DNA from: Takakia lepidozioides
Taxonomy: Eukaryota; Plantae; Bryophyta
Length of the DNA stretch: 64,000 nucleotides
Assembly: GCA_030704615.1 (NCBI GenBank)
Contig: CM060731.1
Location: 30,690,001-30,754,000, forward strand
Reading direction: 5' to 3'
The notes under the pieces are model-generated. The model was not told the origin of the DNA. It made no database searches and saw nothing but the letters and a program-made list of their open reading frames with translations. Below are positions 37,185-51,859 of the stretch, in pieces. Positions within the stretch are counted from its first letter, which is position 1. Each line of letters starts with the position of its first letter. The translations under genes and the position numbers were made by a program.

Positions 37185-38430
37185 TAGAGAATGGGGCGGA
37201 GCCCATTTAATCAAATTAAGAAATGAGGAAAAATAACCTTGTGGGGGCCATTAGACAATACAATTGGGGAACTCCCCATAGCACCACTATGGGGAGCTAA
37301 GATAACCAGTCATGGTTTACTGAATGAATCAGCAGCTGAAAAACCAGACCTAAGAACAAACCACTAAGGCATAAATCAAAGAAGAAGATTCTACCATCTA
37401 TGCCAAAAGCAAAACAACGAGCCTGCAGAACAACAAAGCAAGGGAGAACAGAGCATCAAAACTATGGATCTGAGGGCTTCAAAAGTTAAGTGAGCTTTAA
37501 TCTTGGAATTCCTGTTCTTCCTATGTTTCCAGTTTTGGTCTTCCTCGAAGTCCAAAGGCGAGGGCCAGAGACTGGAGGGGCCACCATTGGTCGGGGACAA
37601 GGAGGGTAAAGAGCATTTATCCCCATCTCTGGTGCAGATGATGTCTCGCCAACCCCACGAAGCATCGAACTCTTGAAGTAGCCTGGCCCGTTTCTCTTGA
37701 GTACATCTGCAAAGAGCTACAACCAAGCGCCCCCAAGCCTTCTTCCCCTCAACACATAGATAAAAAAAGATCCTCTTAAGCACCGCTCTAAGACAAGGGA
37801 ATTCGCTATCATACCAATTAGCACACCTGGACTTCCAAATATGCCAGAGTGTAAGAGAATGAACGGAAGACCAGACTTGGCACCTATGCCAGATGCTTGT
37901 TCCCTGTAAATTAAGCAAATGAATGGAAGCCACATTGGAATGAACAATTTTCCACGGGGCGCAGAAGGTAGAAAAAGGCCATGCTCCAGGGTTTCCATGT
38001 CCCTAGCTAGACACGTTTTGCAGAGAAGAGGGGGGTTAGAGACATATGCACCAAAAGGAAGGATTTTATGAGCCAGTTTCCATAGAAAGCCAGAGGTTTT
38101 GGCTGAGAGATGTTTCAGCCAAGTAATCTTCCAAACTGCTGCCCAGTCTGTGCCTGGATCCAAGAAGCCCCTCCACTTCTTCTCCCATTTACAATTCAAA
38201 GGGCGAGAAGGGTGTATCAGGGAATAAACAAGTTTGGCCCAGTAACCAAAAAAAGGATCCTTCTTCTTAGACATCCATCTCCACTCTCCTGGATCAAAGG
38301 GTAGATCGACCGGCCGTTTGACATCAAACCAATGCAAATCAACCTTAGAGAACCAATCCTGCCAGCCAACCTGAGGGTTGACCCAACTCCCCCACATTCT
38401 TGCTTGTTGTTTGATCGGCTTCATGCATTA
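37185..38430 (-). mobile_element. 5'-truncated L1-like LINE (zf-RVT C-terminus and 3' UTR)
   Basis: DPGEWRW...FFGY; GFLWKLAHKILP; CKTC...ETLEHG; LWHIWKSRC; parallels 24035-25718. Confidence 0.85.
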
Positions 38431-39805
38431 GGTGATGATAGATCGGTTTAATTGGCTTTGTTGTCTCTACATTTCCCTTTCTTTAAGGGGTTCTATTTCT
38501 CCACTTAGTTCTTGTTAACTCTTGTACAGTCAGCTCATTTCCGTCTTTTATAAAGATTTACATAGTTTCCTTAGAAAAATCAAGAGCACACTTTTGGTAG
38601 GGATCATTTGTAGTCAGCAGAGGCAGAGGTAAGCGCGACACAAGAATTACAACTCCATCTACCTTGCCATACTGACCCAGATGGAGATCACAAACTTTCC
38701 AACTTATTATACAACCTAGCCATGCAAGAGTTGAACATACAAAGAAAATCCAAAGCACATGGTATACTGATCTCCAGATAATTCCCTAGTACCCAAAAGC
38801 ACCCAACGAAAGCACGGTGTTGAGGACATTCTACTTTGTCTCTAGAGCCCTGGCCGGTGTTCCAATGTAACCTCCCCTTGACTATGCCACAAATGACTAA
38901 CATGCTGCTGCTCTGCACACGTTTGATTGTCCAGATTTGAATCAAGGGATTTCCATTCACACTCAAGAGATTACAATTTCTTCATTCTTTGCCTGGCCTC
39001 AACGACTACCCTAGACATGAACATTCCAAAAACCTGCAATCCGTGTGCCCTCCCTCCCTCCCTTGCGCAACTGGAGCTCGCAACAATAATTATTGAAACT
39101 ATTGGAACTATTGGATGACATGAAAAACTACAGCAGTCACAGTAAGCAAAGTTTAATTAACTACAGGTGATTCATAGCTCTGAAGGAATCATAACACTCC
39201 ATCCCCCTTTTCAAATTGCGGCAGAAGTTGGATTCTCTCAAAATCCTCCACTCTGAGAGCACGATACTCCATTCAGCAGAAGGCCTGAATTAGTATTCTG
39301 CACGCAAAATTTGACACTAAACAAACACAATTCAACTGTGATCTCAAAGGACTTCAAACCATGGCCAGCTTCAAAAGAACTTGTCCCAGCACTTGTAGAC
39401 AATATTATTGCAGTATGCGAAAGTGTCGGCAACTCCCCCTTGCTTTTTCCATGTCCAGCAACACCAGTGTCATGGCAGGCTGAAAGATTCCAACCTGATG
39501 ATATCAGTGGGACAATGCATGAGAAATTGGATCTGTTTCCTACAACAGCTGGAAGATATAGATATCACCTCAGGCATGAGGAACAGAAGTCTGAAGACAT
39601 AGTAAGCTGTAACTTATCGAAACATATTCAGACCTAAGTTTTTCTATTCATGTGTTGTCAACTGTCCCTTGGAACCAAGTTCATAAGACAATCAGAAGGC
39701 ACTATGGCACGAAGTAACAGGCACGCGTTTGATCACACGCTCAAACAGATTGAGAAACAGATGAAACATACGTCTCAAAGATTTGTTCTGGATGATTGTG
39801 GAGCT

Positions 39806-42800
39806 TCAGTAACGCTCAACCAACAGCTCCACTGCATCTTGTCTCCCTTTGTAGAATTTGACCTCAGCCTTCAGTGCAAGAAACAAACATGGTTGCAATA
39901 TTAATGGAGTGCCATGTCCTCACTTAGTCAACACCCTAGTTAGAGCATGGTAACAACCATCATCAATGACTCACTGTAGGTGCACCAAACTCTACCTCCA
40001 ATTGGAAGAATACCGATCTTTAAATGAATGGAGTTCACATTCTTCATACTAACCTTACGAACAGCAGATATTGCAGTAACCAATGGAGCACCGAGAAGTT
40101 CCTGGAGGACCACATCGGCTTCCAGGGCTTCAACAGCTTGCTCCAGTGCATCCGGCAGACGCTTGACCTTCCCTGTCTCCAGTTCCGTTGGATTGACATC
40201 TACCCACCAATACCAATAGACTAATTAACTAAACAATGCAAGGTCAAAAATTCAGTTTGCGGAGAGAAGGACCGATGGCAATGTGTCCTCATCATTCATT
40301 TCAGTTCAGTTCTCAAGCCTGTGAAGTGATGTTGAAATAGACTAAATAGCAAGAAGGGCTCTACACACATGCCCATGTCTTTAAGGTGACATAAAATACC
40401 TAATAATTACCTGACATCAACGAAATGCCCTTCTTTTATTTCTTAAAGAACGAAGAACTCACCAATCGGCTCTGGCAATTGAAGGTGCTTGCGTAAGCCA
40501 TCCATACCAGCCGCAAGGATGGCTGCTAAGCCTAGGTGTGGGTTAGCACATCCATCAAATGATCTGAACTCAAAATTGCTGACCAAATCTCCAGCGGTCC
40601 CTGGAGGGCTGGTAGTGCGTAACGATGCCTCCCGATTCTCCCGTCCCCAGCAATGGTAAGCCCCACTCCATGTGCTTGGTTGAATGCGCTCATAACTGCA
40701 CCCCCAATGAAGCTCAAATGCATAAAGGGACGACTTGATATAAATAGGAAGACACTGAGGAACTTTCTGGGTTTTTCTAACTATATACAATCATCATTAT
40801 CCATCCAATCTCACATCTTCAGCAACCCGAAGTCTTTACCATTGACACATTGCTAACACAAGGGAAAAATATGCAACAAAAGGCAAGCGTCTTTCAGCGA
40901 CGACTTACACGTATATGTTCTAGCTGCCAGAGACTCTAACTATGGTATAAGTAGGGAATGCAATCACTTGGTATGCAAACAGAGGAGAAGAAAATGATGA
41001 GAAGATTTCCCAACCTATTAGGGTTTGGAGCTGTGAATGCCAGAAGTGCTGGGAGATGATGGAAAACACCAGCCAAGAACTCTTGGCCCATCTGCGACAT
41101 ACCGTGCTTGGCACTGGAGGCATCCTTGCCCATGAACACATTGGTATCCCCTCGCCATATGCTTATGTGCACATGTGAACCACTCCCTGCATCAGCAGCA
41201 TAATATCTGCAATTGGCCAAGGACACACTAGTAAAGAACGCAGGATGAAAGGAAGCCCAGGAATGCACACAAGAAGAAAACGAGGATTCACTTTTCAAAG
41301 TGTACCAAATTCCAAAAAATCTCCGGGGCTTCTGTTTCTCGCTGAAGAACACCTTAGACTACCTTATTAGTGCAATAAGACAGGCCCACCTAGGACTGTG
41401 TTTTAGTCTCACAGGGTACAGGATGTGCACTATTCCAGGCATATCTGTTTGAGCCGAATGTGCCAACTCCCAATACATGTCAAGACTTACTTTGGTAGAA
41501 ATGTTGCATGAAGAAGAGATTTGCTGGCTATAGCTGTCACAGTCTCCCGTACAAAGAGCAGATTGTCAGCAGCTGAGAGGCATGGACTAAAAGCTATTGC
41601 CATCTCGAACTGCCCCCCACCTGCCTCACAATGCATCTGCCACACACCCGAAACTCTCATGTCACTGATCCAAATTGGAGCACAAAATAGCATACCATCT
41701 CTCAGAGCAACAACTGACGCAAGCTCTTGGAAGTAGGAGGGATGGAGTTCTTGTATTCTCTGGTCCATTTTACAAGTTTAGGAGTTCAGAATCACCTTGC
41801 ATCTTCCTGTCTTGCAGGTCTAGCTTGCTTGAGAGAATGCTGCAAATCAACACCATGGGGGAAATGTTTGGAGGTAATCTAAGATGCTAAACTGTCAGCA
41901 TATAGTACACCTTATGTTAAGAAAACTTGACCACCCAAATGGAATTGGACACAGCTGCCACCCAGTCATTCTGGGTTCAAATCCTAGATACCGTCAACTA
42001 GTAGGTCTGCTTGGCAACTTATCACAATGTTTCTTAGAAAGAGTTAAAGTTTTCCTCTCACTTTAAGGGGCCTGAATTATGAATGGTTGCTCATGGGAAT
42101 TTCCCTGTTTGAAAAAAGGACTAGTTGGCTGGTTCAACTCATGCACATTTGGCCCAGTGGGCCTCCATGGACATTATATATGTATATGATATGTTTGTAA
42201 ATTCATACAGTCAAGTTAAACTTCCAAATACCTGCTCAACCTGTACATCCAAAGATGACAGGGAATTGTAGATCTCAGAAAGAATAGGAGAAGCAGCATT
42301 GAAGCCCGCAGAAGAGCAATAGGGGGTGCTGTCCAGTCCCTCCCATCTCTTTGGCCTGCAATCAAATGAATGTCACTATTTACGTTTCCTTGACAGTTAC
42401 AAATATACCACCCCAGAACATCGTGTTAGTGTCATCCATGTACATTATGCTCAATCCCACTCGCCTTGCACTGACCACGATTTCAGCCCTAGTCTCTAGT
42501 AGGTTACTAGAAAACAGTCTTCAATCTTCATTAGTGATGGAATAACAAGAATAAGCTGGCAGAAGGTAAACCTCCTTGCCAATGTCTGAGCCACTACCTC
42601 CTATTTTAAGGTGGCAAGTATGTCTTGCAGACAGTGTGCCTTCAAGGAAATCTTGATGTGGTGGCTCCCCCAAAAGATGAAGATTACCCCAAATATTTGG
42701 TTTGGTGGGGAAACTGTCCCTGCCTACACAGTTTGGTGGTGCAGCTCATGTAGGCTAATGTGGAATTTATACCTACCTTGTGGTGCCAGTCTTTCACAAG

Positions 42801-45800
42801 CACACACTCCAAGTTCAAACCACCAAGAAGACAGCATGAAATACAACAATAGTTTGATTGTCAGTCAAAATATACGATGCTCACAAATTTGAAGCTGTCA
42901 AATCCGGATTCAATCTGTTTTGGGAGATCAAAAACCCAAAAGGTAAGGAAAACCTGCCATTGTCCAGAGTTAAATAAGGTCGATTTGACAACTTACCCAG
43001 CAGATCGCTTCAGCAGATAGAACTCAGCCTCAAAGCCAGCCTTCATGACCTGTAGCAGACAGTCTTTCTGCTCAGTTGTTTCGACTTCTAACAGGCCACC
43101 ATTTCTCTCTCCACCAAAATTCCTATCCGCTGTTCACTGAAGCTCAGTTTCAGGGACGTTAGCACGTTAGACATTCTGTGCTGCCTAGGGATGATTTACA
43201 TTCATACAGCACAAAGGCGTATTGAAAAGGTCATGCCTTCCTTTCTCCAGCTAGACTATCTAGAAGGCCACAAGAGAAAATTAACTTCTCAATTCTTTCC
43301 TGTATAGTTGAGGATCCCACTCAAGTTTATAACAAAAAATCACAACCCAGCACCTAAGTCGCCACCTTCCAATTATATAATTTGCAATGGGATTACAACG
43401 CCACCATGTCCAGGTTTTTGCGCACACAGTCCAAAAATAAGAGACATCCAGAAGATAGTCTTTTTCCCTCACCAGACCAAACTCTTTCTCAAAAGTTCGA
43501 GAGAGGCGGCGGAGAGTGCTCCGAGGGCAATACTTCCAGGGAACCCCGGGCTTCTCATGCATATCTGCTAGCACCATCTCATGCTCAAGGAACCTGCAAC
43601 CAGGAAATACATCTTATGTATTTTTTCACCCAAAAAATAACTTGTAGGGGTAAGTTGTTACATCCATTTGGCTGACAGAGGTAAGGCATCTGACGCTGAC
43701 TCAGATACTGACAGTCTTCTGCTGAAGAAGTTGACAACATATGTTAACTTCAAATATGTTAGTAGGTGGCAGACAGAAGTTTACCATGGCAGCCTGTGCT
43801 TTGTGGAGAGATCAGGCATCAGATGAATCTCGCCAACAGCTGACAGTCCACTGTTCACTGATGGAGCGTCAGAATATGACGTCATGGCCATGACGGCATG
43901 CGCTAACCCAACCCCATGCTTCACCACCACTTCTCCAAACCTCCCAGCTGGCACCACCTGTATGGTCAGGACCCAGTCATTCATCCAGATTTCCATGTGT
44001 TGACTATGATATTGCACTGTCTTTCAAGAAATGAAATGAGGCTTAAAATATTTGGACGGGAGTCTAGACATTGCTGTTAGAAAAGGCATCCCATGAAAAT
44101 GTTCACCTCATAGGCCGTAATCAGATGGAAAAGAAGATACTTGAGAACTTAGTCAAAAGACATCTCAGAGATGTAGAGAGGTCATTTGCTCTATGTCTTT
44201 CTCAGTGAACTGGGTGCTCCACTTGACCTGGTAGAACACTACTACTGCTGGCAAAGCACACTCAGTCTGGCTCTGCAAAAGATGCAAATATGTGTTCTTG
44301 ATGAAGAGTTCCATTGCATTTGAACTCTCCAAAATATCTTTTGCACTCATGTCGCGATGGGGGTGCTGCAGCCCCTCTTTCTTTTGATGCTTTGCTTTGT
44401 TGGCCATGTGAGGTTGCAGGGCTGACTGCACCTCTCCCCTCTTTGTACTCTGGGTAGTGGAATGAAATGGTGTCTTTGTTTTTAAAAAATAACCTAAAAC
44501 CACCTCTCATGAAGTCTCCACTTTCTTTCTCGTGCCAATCTACTTGCATGCCCCTCTCCTCTTCTTCTCAAAACCCCCAAAAGAGATAAAGAAGACATAC
44601 CCTGCACCGGCGTTGTCCCGAACCATCTGCCCACAGCAACCGCACATGCCTCACCTCTGTGCTTTCAAAATTGGGCTTTGCCAGCTCACCATTGTTAGTG
44701 AGGGCTGATTGCTCTTGCCCTTCGCAATCTTTCAAAGAGACAGTTCGCTTGAATGACCCCACCAAAGCATCTTTCTGAGACCCACTCTTCACTCCATTGG
44801 CTTCTGTGACCACTCCGTCTAGGACGGAAGGTGGTATTTTAGGTGCAAAAGAACGTCCTCTGTCCAACTGTGAACCAACTGGGTTAAGTCCCACATGCAG
44901 TTTGGTCAAACTATCTGTCGAAGCATTGAAACCGCCCCTTCCATCAAGCTTGTAAAAGTCCAACGCATTCCGCCCCAGAATTCCATCCGCGGCAGAAAGA
45001 GCCTCATCAAGCGGCATGTCTCCATTATCATATGCCTCAATCAAAACACGGGAAAGTATTTCCCGAGACCACTTTGCCCCTACAAATTGGCCATCAACAG
45101 CAGCACCTTGTCATCACCAGTTACCCCTGGAGCTGCCCACAACTGACTGAATTCAAGTTCAGCACACTCAAAAGCTGCAGTGCTAAAGAACGAACATGTG
45201 TTTGGAAAACCTGCTGCGACATTGGTTCATTAAAAGGTGAAAACAAGTTAAGTAGGAAGGACCTGATGGAAAGACTGCAAGTCAGTAAGAAAATTGCAAA
45301 AGGATAGAAGTGCTGGTGAACTCCATAGCTCACAAAATCACTTATCCAAAGAGCAGTGTCCAAGAAGGAAGATAACAATCAAGGCAGACATTACACTTCA
45401 ATGAGAAGAAAATCGGGTACCTAAGTAGAATGTCTCGGGGAAGGCATAGCCATCTGTGCTGAACATAATCTGCAGTCAACAATCATCATGGCCATCCAAA
45501 GTGGAATGTGTCAACACATAACACTTCCAATCAAAACCACGGTACAAAGCTTACCGAAAAGATATCTCAGAAAGCTCTTGTTGCTCAGTGTTTGCATCAT
45601 CGCTAGAAGTAGATGCCTCAGAGGCAGTTGGCAAGTACCTTATTAACCGGTGCAAGGTCAAGAAGGTCACTGACTGCACACCTCATCCCCCGTACACTCA
45701 ACTTGGGCACGACTAGCCCAAAGTCCAGATGAACCTGCCATCCAGTGCATTCCCTGACCGTCAGGAGTGAAGCAATTCACTGCTTCCACTCAACTTTCCA

Positions 45801-48800
45801 CACACAAGCTCCTCCCCATCTGTTGGAAACACCCGATATCTGGAGCATACGTATGAAGTTTGGCACCAACCTTGGTCCTGGCCCTTGAACCAACCTTTGG
45901 CAATAGTGACGGCCCTTAATCTGATTCCTCCAGAGAATGAGAATGTGATCTATGACCTATAACCTATTGCAAGTACAATCTAATGAATACATCATTTTCT
46001 CTTGCTATGAGCATGCCTCGTTCCACATTACCATGTTGTGAAGTAGTTTAAGAATCTAATATAACCCCTATTTGACACAGTCAATCTACCTGGGGATACA
46101 CACTCGCAAGATAGGAAGCTTCGCGCATGAAGGGGTACGAGCCATGCAGCAACACTACACGGCAGTGCGCAAATGTTGAATGCTCCAATACAGCCCGAAG
46201 ATGCAGAGGATTGGCAAGTTCCAGTTGCAAGTCCTTGTCGCCAAAGCTAGAAAACAATAGAACTGTATCCATCAGTATGAACAAGACTACTCTTACACCT
46301 TTCTGTCCCACCCTCTGGGCCTAAGTGCGTGTGTCCATCAGCCATCTAGGTAGTACATTGCTTTAGTTTTTCCCTTCCTTTCTCTCTCACACTCCCGATC
46401 TTCTCCGCGGAGTCTATTTGGAATTTGGATGCACTTTTCTCACCAAGAGGCATCCCAGAAACTTGTCATCTTTGGACATTTCATAACCAACTTAGTTCTT
46501 GCATGCTTTCGGGAATTCACTACAAAACTTCCGATGCAGAGTTGAAGTCCCGGATTGATCAGATGTCAATGGTATCTAACACTCTCTAAGCTATATATCA
46601 TTAGAATTGCCAAACTCTTTCGAGCAGTTCCCTGCATAGCCAATTTATCTACATGCAAAATTCATGTGATCGTCTATTTTACCAGCCAAATCTCATCTTT
46701 GAACTAAATGAGCTATTTGGCACATCTCCGCTCCGGCGCATTAGTCCCTACAAATAAGTGGGTACAAAGGTCAGAAGTGTGTTACAATGTGTCCTAAGAC
46801 ACAATCGAAATGACCGCCGTTCCAAAATCCACATAACTAATTGAGCAACACATTTTGGAATCACCAATGCTTACCCAGGTAAAACCCATATCTAACATAC
46901 CCTGTATGTATCTGGAGCGGAAGTTCTTTTTCTGTGGCAACCTCCAATGCTCGCGTAAAAATGAAGTCGATGAGAGCCTTGTTTGCAACTCGTATAGGGG
47001 TGCCGGAACCTGTCTTGTGCCCAAATTCCGGAAATTACACGTACAGGTGTTGATCAGTCTAGACCACTCTTAAGTTCATGTAAAAACATGGCCCTAAACT
47101 TGAAATATACAGTCCTTCACACCAAAGAGGAAGTGAGTACACAAAGTATTGAAAGGCAGTTCATGACACAGGAGAATGTTGAGGCCAAACTGAAGAGAAA
47201 GTACCGTGCTTACGCAAGTTGTCATGGAGACCATCCTCGGCATCTTGAGCTGAAACGAGAGGGTTGATGCGGAGTCCGCTACGGTAGGCCGCAATGCTCT
47301 TGAATGCTACTACTTTCTGAGACAGTGTGGAGACATCTCTTGAATCAAAGACAACACATTCACTTAAAAACCATAGGAGTGGGAAAGAGACAAATTGTGA
47401 GCTACAGCCTCCGATGGGTGATGGCTTCACTATACAAGAAGGTGGTTCTGTGAAAGCAACAGCCACGCGTAAGATTGGTGAATTTCGCCTGGCAAGCAGC
47501 AAAGACACAAGGTACATAATGACAGTGCCTTCCCCTCACAGCTTATCACCTCACTACATCAAATGCCTTGGTACCAGTTGGTGAAGCATCCTCCTAAAGA
47601 CACAACCAAAGAACTTTTGCTCTACAAGAAGCCCCCTCATCACTGCAAAGGCAATTAGAGTGATGTATGCACCCTCAAATGTTACTGATACTGGATCCTC
47701 CGTGCCAATTGGCAACCCATAAATAATTGGGTTTTACTCCATTATTGCCAAGAAGCAAACTTAGAAGAGTGTCATTGCTAATCCAGGCGAGGAGCAGAAA
47801 GTTTCATCTTAGTGATCCACTTTGGTGGCAAAAATGAACTCTTTGAGGAAAGAGAGTGGAATCTTCCAAGAGAAAAGCCTACATACTGAACTCTGTTCTG
47901 TATGTACCACTGTTATTGGGAAATCACACACAGCAGATTGATGTTCGTGTTAAGGGATTTCTAGAGGATATCTAGAAAACTCGGATCAATTGTCTGTTTC
48001 AATTTAAAGTCATACTACCGGCATCAGCCCTTGACAAAGGTAGTTTCTGTCTCTTTGTGTTCTGCTCAAAACTGGCGCAGGGTCAATGGCCACAAGGCTA
48101 CGGCAAACAACGTCTCATGAGTACATTCTGTTCTGTATGTGCCATCAACAGATGCTAGTAGGTCTGCAGCTAAGCTGGAGAGTTCAAATTACAGACAGAT
48201 ATCATAATGAACAAGACAGAAGGATGTGTATAAGGATATGATTCCAAGGTTGACACGAATCTATGGTCAAAACTCTCGAGTGTCCACCTCATGTTGGCTT
48301 GGATCCCCTGTTCCCAGACAAACAAAGTGCAAACGGGTGAGATTTCGAACCTAAAATTAGAACCAATATATGCATCCAGGGTAACAAAACCTCAGTCGTG
48401 GTCAGCATGATGGATACATACATTGTGTGCACAAATAAGTGCTAGAAGTTCCTTGCCACAACTGCCATGGAAAGAATGTGGCCTTCTGTGAGACAGATTA
48501 AGTAAGAATGAAATTGCAGGGATGGCTTGTAGCATTGACGCATGATAATAACCTGAATGATCACGTCAACATCTCTTTGTTATCATCGTTTCACGTGAAC
48601 GTGACATATCATGATAGGAAATTATACCATACGAACACAATCCTCTTCGCATTTCCTTGAAGCATCTCACCATCATACCACATTCTTCGTCACCAAAGCA
48701 TCTTACCATCACATCACCGCATGCGCATTGAATCATCATCATGATGCAAAGCCATAGTCTCTGATGCAGGTCACATGAAATACCAACTCCTCCTGGGCAT

Positions 48801-50691
48801 TTCATACTTTCAACTTCCTAATTCACTCCTACCAAAAAAACAGAAATGCCTGAAGGCCCGAGTATGCAAGAACAAGAAAGCCAACCTGATTGAGGATTGC
48901 CTCTGCAACGGTCTCAATTCGCAAGACTCTGTGAACACCCGGAATGTACTTGCGATGCCACCCCAGACTAACCATCTTATCCATGGTCAGCCCATCATCC
49001 AAAAGGACAATCTCAATGTTTGCCGCATCAAAACACTTCTCACTCAGAGCTTCCAGGCCAACTGCTTGCCGGTATGCCTCAATGCTTGTCAAAGAAGGCT
49101 CACAGCCGTATAGGGAAGAAAGATCTTGCAAGCTTCTCTGCAGATGAATCATTCCCCGCCCACAAACACACACAGGCAGCCAAAAAACTTGAGCAAATTG
49201 CAGCATTATAGTGGATGAACTAAATGGTTTTTTCACCATCTGATCATCTCAAATTCACACACTCTGATGTAGTATGCAGACGGCGGACAACTGAGCTCAA
49301 TATGTGCATAATTGGCCTCATCTTGATTTCTTGTGGGGGCAATAGAATTATCCTGGAGTGGTTCACTACAGAGATGCATCCAAAACTGTGGACACTTTAG
49401 AAAAGTTCTTGTGAGTTTTTTTTCACCAAAGCACACAATTACTAGATACATTCAGATGGCTTGGTCTTGGAACACCAATTCAATGTTCCGATAGAAAATG
49501 TAGGGAAGGCCACACATTGAAGCACAGGCGCTAGCATGATTCTCACTCTCTCTCTCTTGAACCATGCTCTGACATGGCAAGGTTGGGTTGGGTTGGAGTA
49601 TGTTTGAGTGCTCAAATCTCACAAACTACTTGATTGTGTTTAATCGTGGGGTTACTATGCCTCAAGGTTACAATGTCATAGCCAATGAGAACTGTCCCCT
49701 GAATCTCTCTTTCTCACCTACACAGAATTCTCACATACACATTGTACTACTGAAATAGCTGTGGGCACAATCTTGGGTTGAAAGATTAAGGCCCTCAGGA
49801 AGGGCTTTCACTCTCATCTGGACTAGATCTCTCATTATGTCATTCACCAGCATTGTCAAGACGAAGTGGCTAGCTCCCGTTCTTGTTTAGCACTCTGATC
49901 CATTGGTGAGACACCAATAATTATTCCAACCAACAGCCGTAACTATATTTTCCACCGATCTTGCCAGCAAATGTCACCAGCGTGAAGAGACAATTTTACA
50001 GGCCGGATTCAGCAATCAAACTACAACAGATAAGAAAAACTATGCAGACAACAACAGTGATTTGACAACACTCAATGCTCAGTACCATGCCCACAAACAC
50101 AAGCAAGGTGACTGGCATCTGGTTATACGACAAAACCACTGCAGGCCGAGGATCTGTAACTCGAATAACCAGACCTCATCCCCCTGCACACCCCCTACTT
50201 AGATTGGCAGTAGCTGCCATGCAGCATTTGGTACAACAAAGACTCACTTATTGTTGTCAATCACTCAGTGACAACAATACAAACAGGAGCCAAACAAAGC
50301 CCTTCTTATAGGTCTACAGTTATGACAACAGAAAAGGCTCAGCTGTAGCTTGACCGGTTCGGCCTCAGATTCAGACAATTCTTAGACTTCCAGTAGAGAT
50401 CCAACTGTCAGAACTTGAATCCGATTTTCACGGATTTTCAAGAGATTAGTCCCTCCTTCCGTATCAGCTGGACGTGTCCGCAAACAAGTAGCGACCTCAG
50501 TAAAGAGCACCAACCTGGAAAGACAGACTGTGTGACACAGAAGTAAGAGCTTCGTCACGAGCTTCAGAGAAGCACTGAAGGAAAGGAAGGTTGGTATCAA
50601 GTGCCACCACATTGTGAGCATGCGCATCGATTAGCGGCACCTGTGCGCAAGCTGCGCGAATGCGCTCATGGTCCTGCTCTCGCTGAGCCAT
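39806..50691 (-). CDS. NodGS: Nodulin/glutamine synthetase-like protein (amidohydrolase + GS type I, FluG-like), 18 exons
   Basis: Exons 50515-50691, 48886-49137, 48240-48307, 47214-47326, 46901-47009, 46090-46246, 45639-45734, ~45420-45470, ~44600-45080, ~43784-43957, ~43473-43592, ~42997-43049, ~42232-42354, ~41491-41636, ~41016-41205, ~40462-40696, ~40053-40200, 39806-39868. Motifs IDAHAH, KSIAAYRSGL, QIHTG, VLLHGSYP, FSTDG, GFEAEF, HCEAGGGQFE, GSGSHVH, NSYERI, WGRENRE, FEFRSFDG. Confidence 0.95.
47327..48239 (-). other. U12-type AT-AC minor spliceosomal intron in NodGS
   Basis: 5' site ATATCCTTA; 3' end ...CTCCAC; candidate branch site TCTTTGAT; splicing restores the frame STLES-LSQKVVAFKS. 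Confidence 0.85.
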
Positions 50692-51159
50692 TTAAGAGAG
50701 ACGCGACGACAAAAGGAAGGATAATTACTTGCTTGTAGGATGCCAAGAGGGAGTGAACTGATTCAAACGACACAGCCAGGAAAAGAGAGTGTGAGCAGTT
50801 TGAGTCAAGTGTGAGCTATTGAAAACGGAGTCATTTGTTCCCCTTGCTGTAAGCCTGGGGATCCCGAACTTAAAGCAATCGAAAATGTCTCGCCTTCAAT
50901 TTTTGTTTTTCTCGTTGAGTGATCCCTAAGCGTATGTGATATCGCCGTTTGTGAATATAATGTGAGAGACTAGCTAGAAAGAAGTAGATAGAGAGAAGAT
51001 GCAACTTAGATGGACTTGAGATCGGAAGATGATCGGTGGAGGGGGGGGGGGGGGGGGGTGCGGCAATGACAGGGAACAGAAACACCTGACGTGAGGCTAA
51101 TGATAGGACGCAGATCGAGCAAGCGTGCACAGATCCAAAGACAAACAGGTCAGAATAGA

Positions 51160-51190
<31 letters not shown>

Positions 51191-51859
51191 GAGAGAGAGA
51201 GGTGACAGCGAGAGATAAAGATATTCGAGAGCTACACCCACGCCGTCCGATTAAGTCTTCCGTTAGCTTTCAGCCGTAGGATAATTCTAGATTAGGCCTC
51301 GACAATAGGCTATCCTACCGATGGAGCCTCTTTATACTGATATCTTCCTTCTTTCTGAATAAGCGGCCAGGATCTGTTGATGGAAGAACCCGACACCACT
51401 TGTCCGCGACTCGAAGCGGCACGTGCGCATTCACAGTAAGAGGCTTATCCAATATTTTAACTTGGAGACGCGTCGAATGGACACAGGATCGTAATTGGTT
51501 CCCTCGTACCCGGGTTGGCGCGTGTATTGCCGCGTGACGGACGAAACTTGGGGCGCGATCTTACCATTTGGCGTGTGTGGAAATTAGTGTTGGTCTGGTA
51601 TATACGTGAAGGACTGGTATAAAGTACTGGTATATGTCGGGGTAGTACTGACACTGGGACAATACTTGGTCATATACCAGAAAGGCTGGTATCAGTTTTT
51701 TCATACCAGCCACAATACCAGTACTACCCCCCACATCTTCCTCATTTACTCTGGTATGTGTACTATACTAATTTATGTGTACATATGCCTACATACTTGT
51801 ACTTATGTATATTTATTTCGCTATGTGTATTGTATTTGTTGTCATTTTGTTTTTCTTTT

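Noticed and set aside
38558-39700. Short ORFs downstream of NodGS
   Set aside because: No recognisable motifs; likely 3' UTR or intergenic
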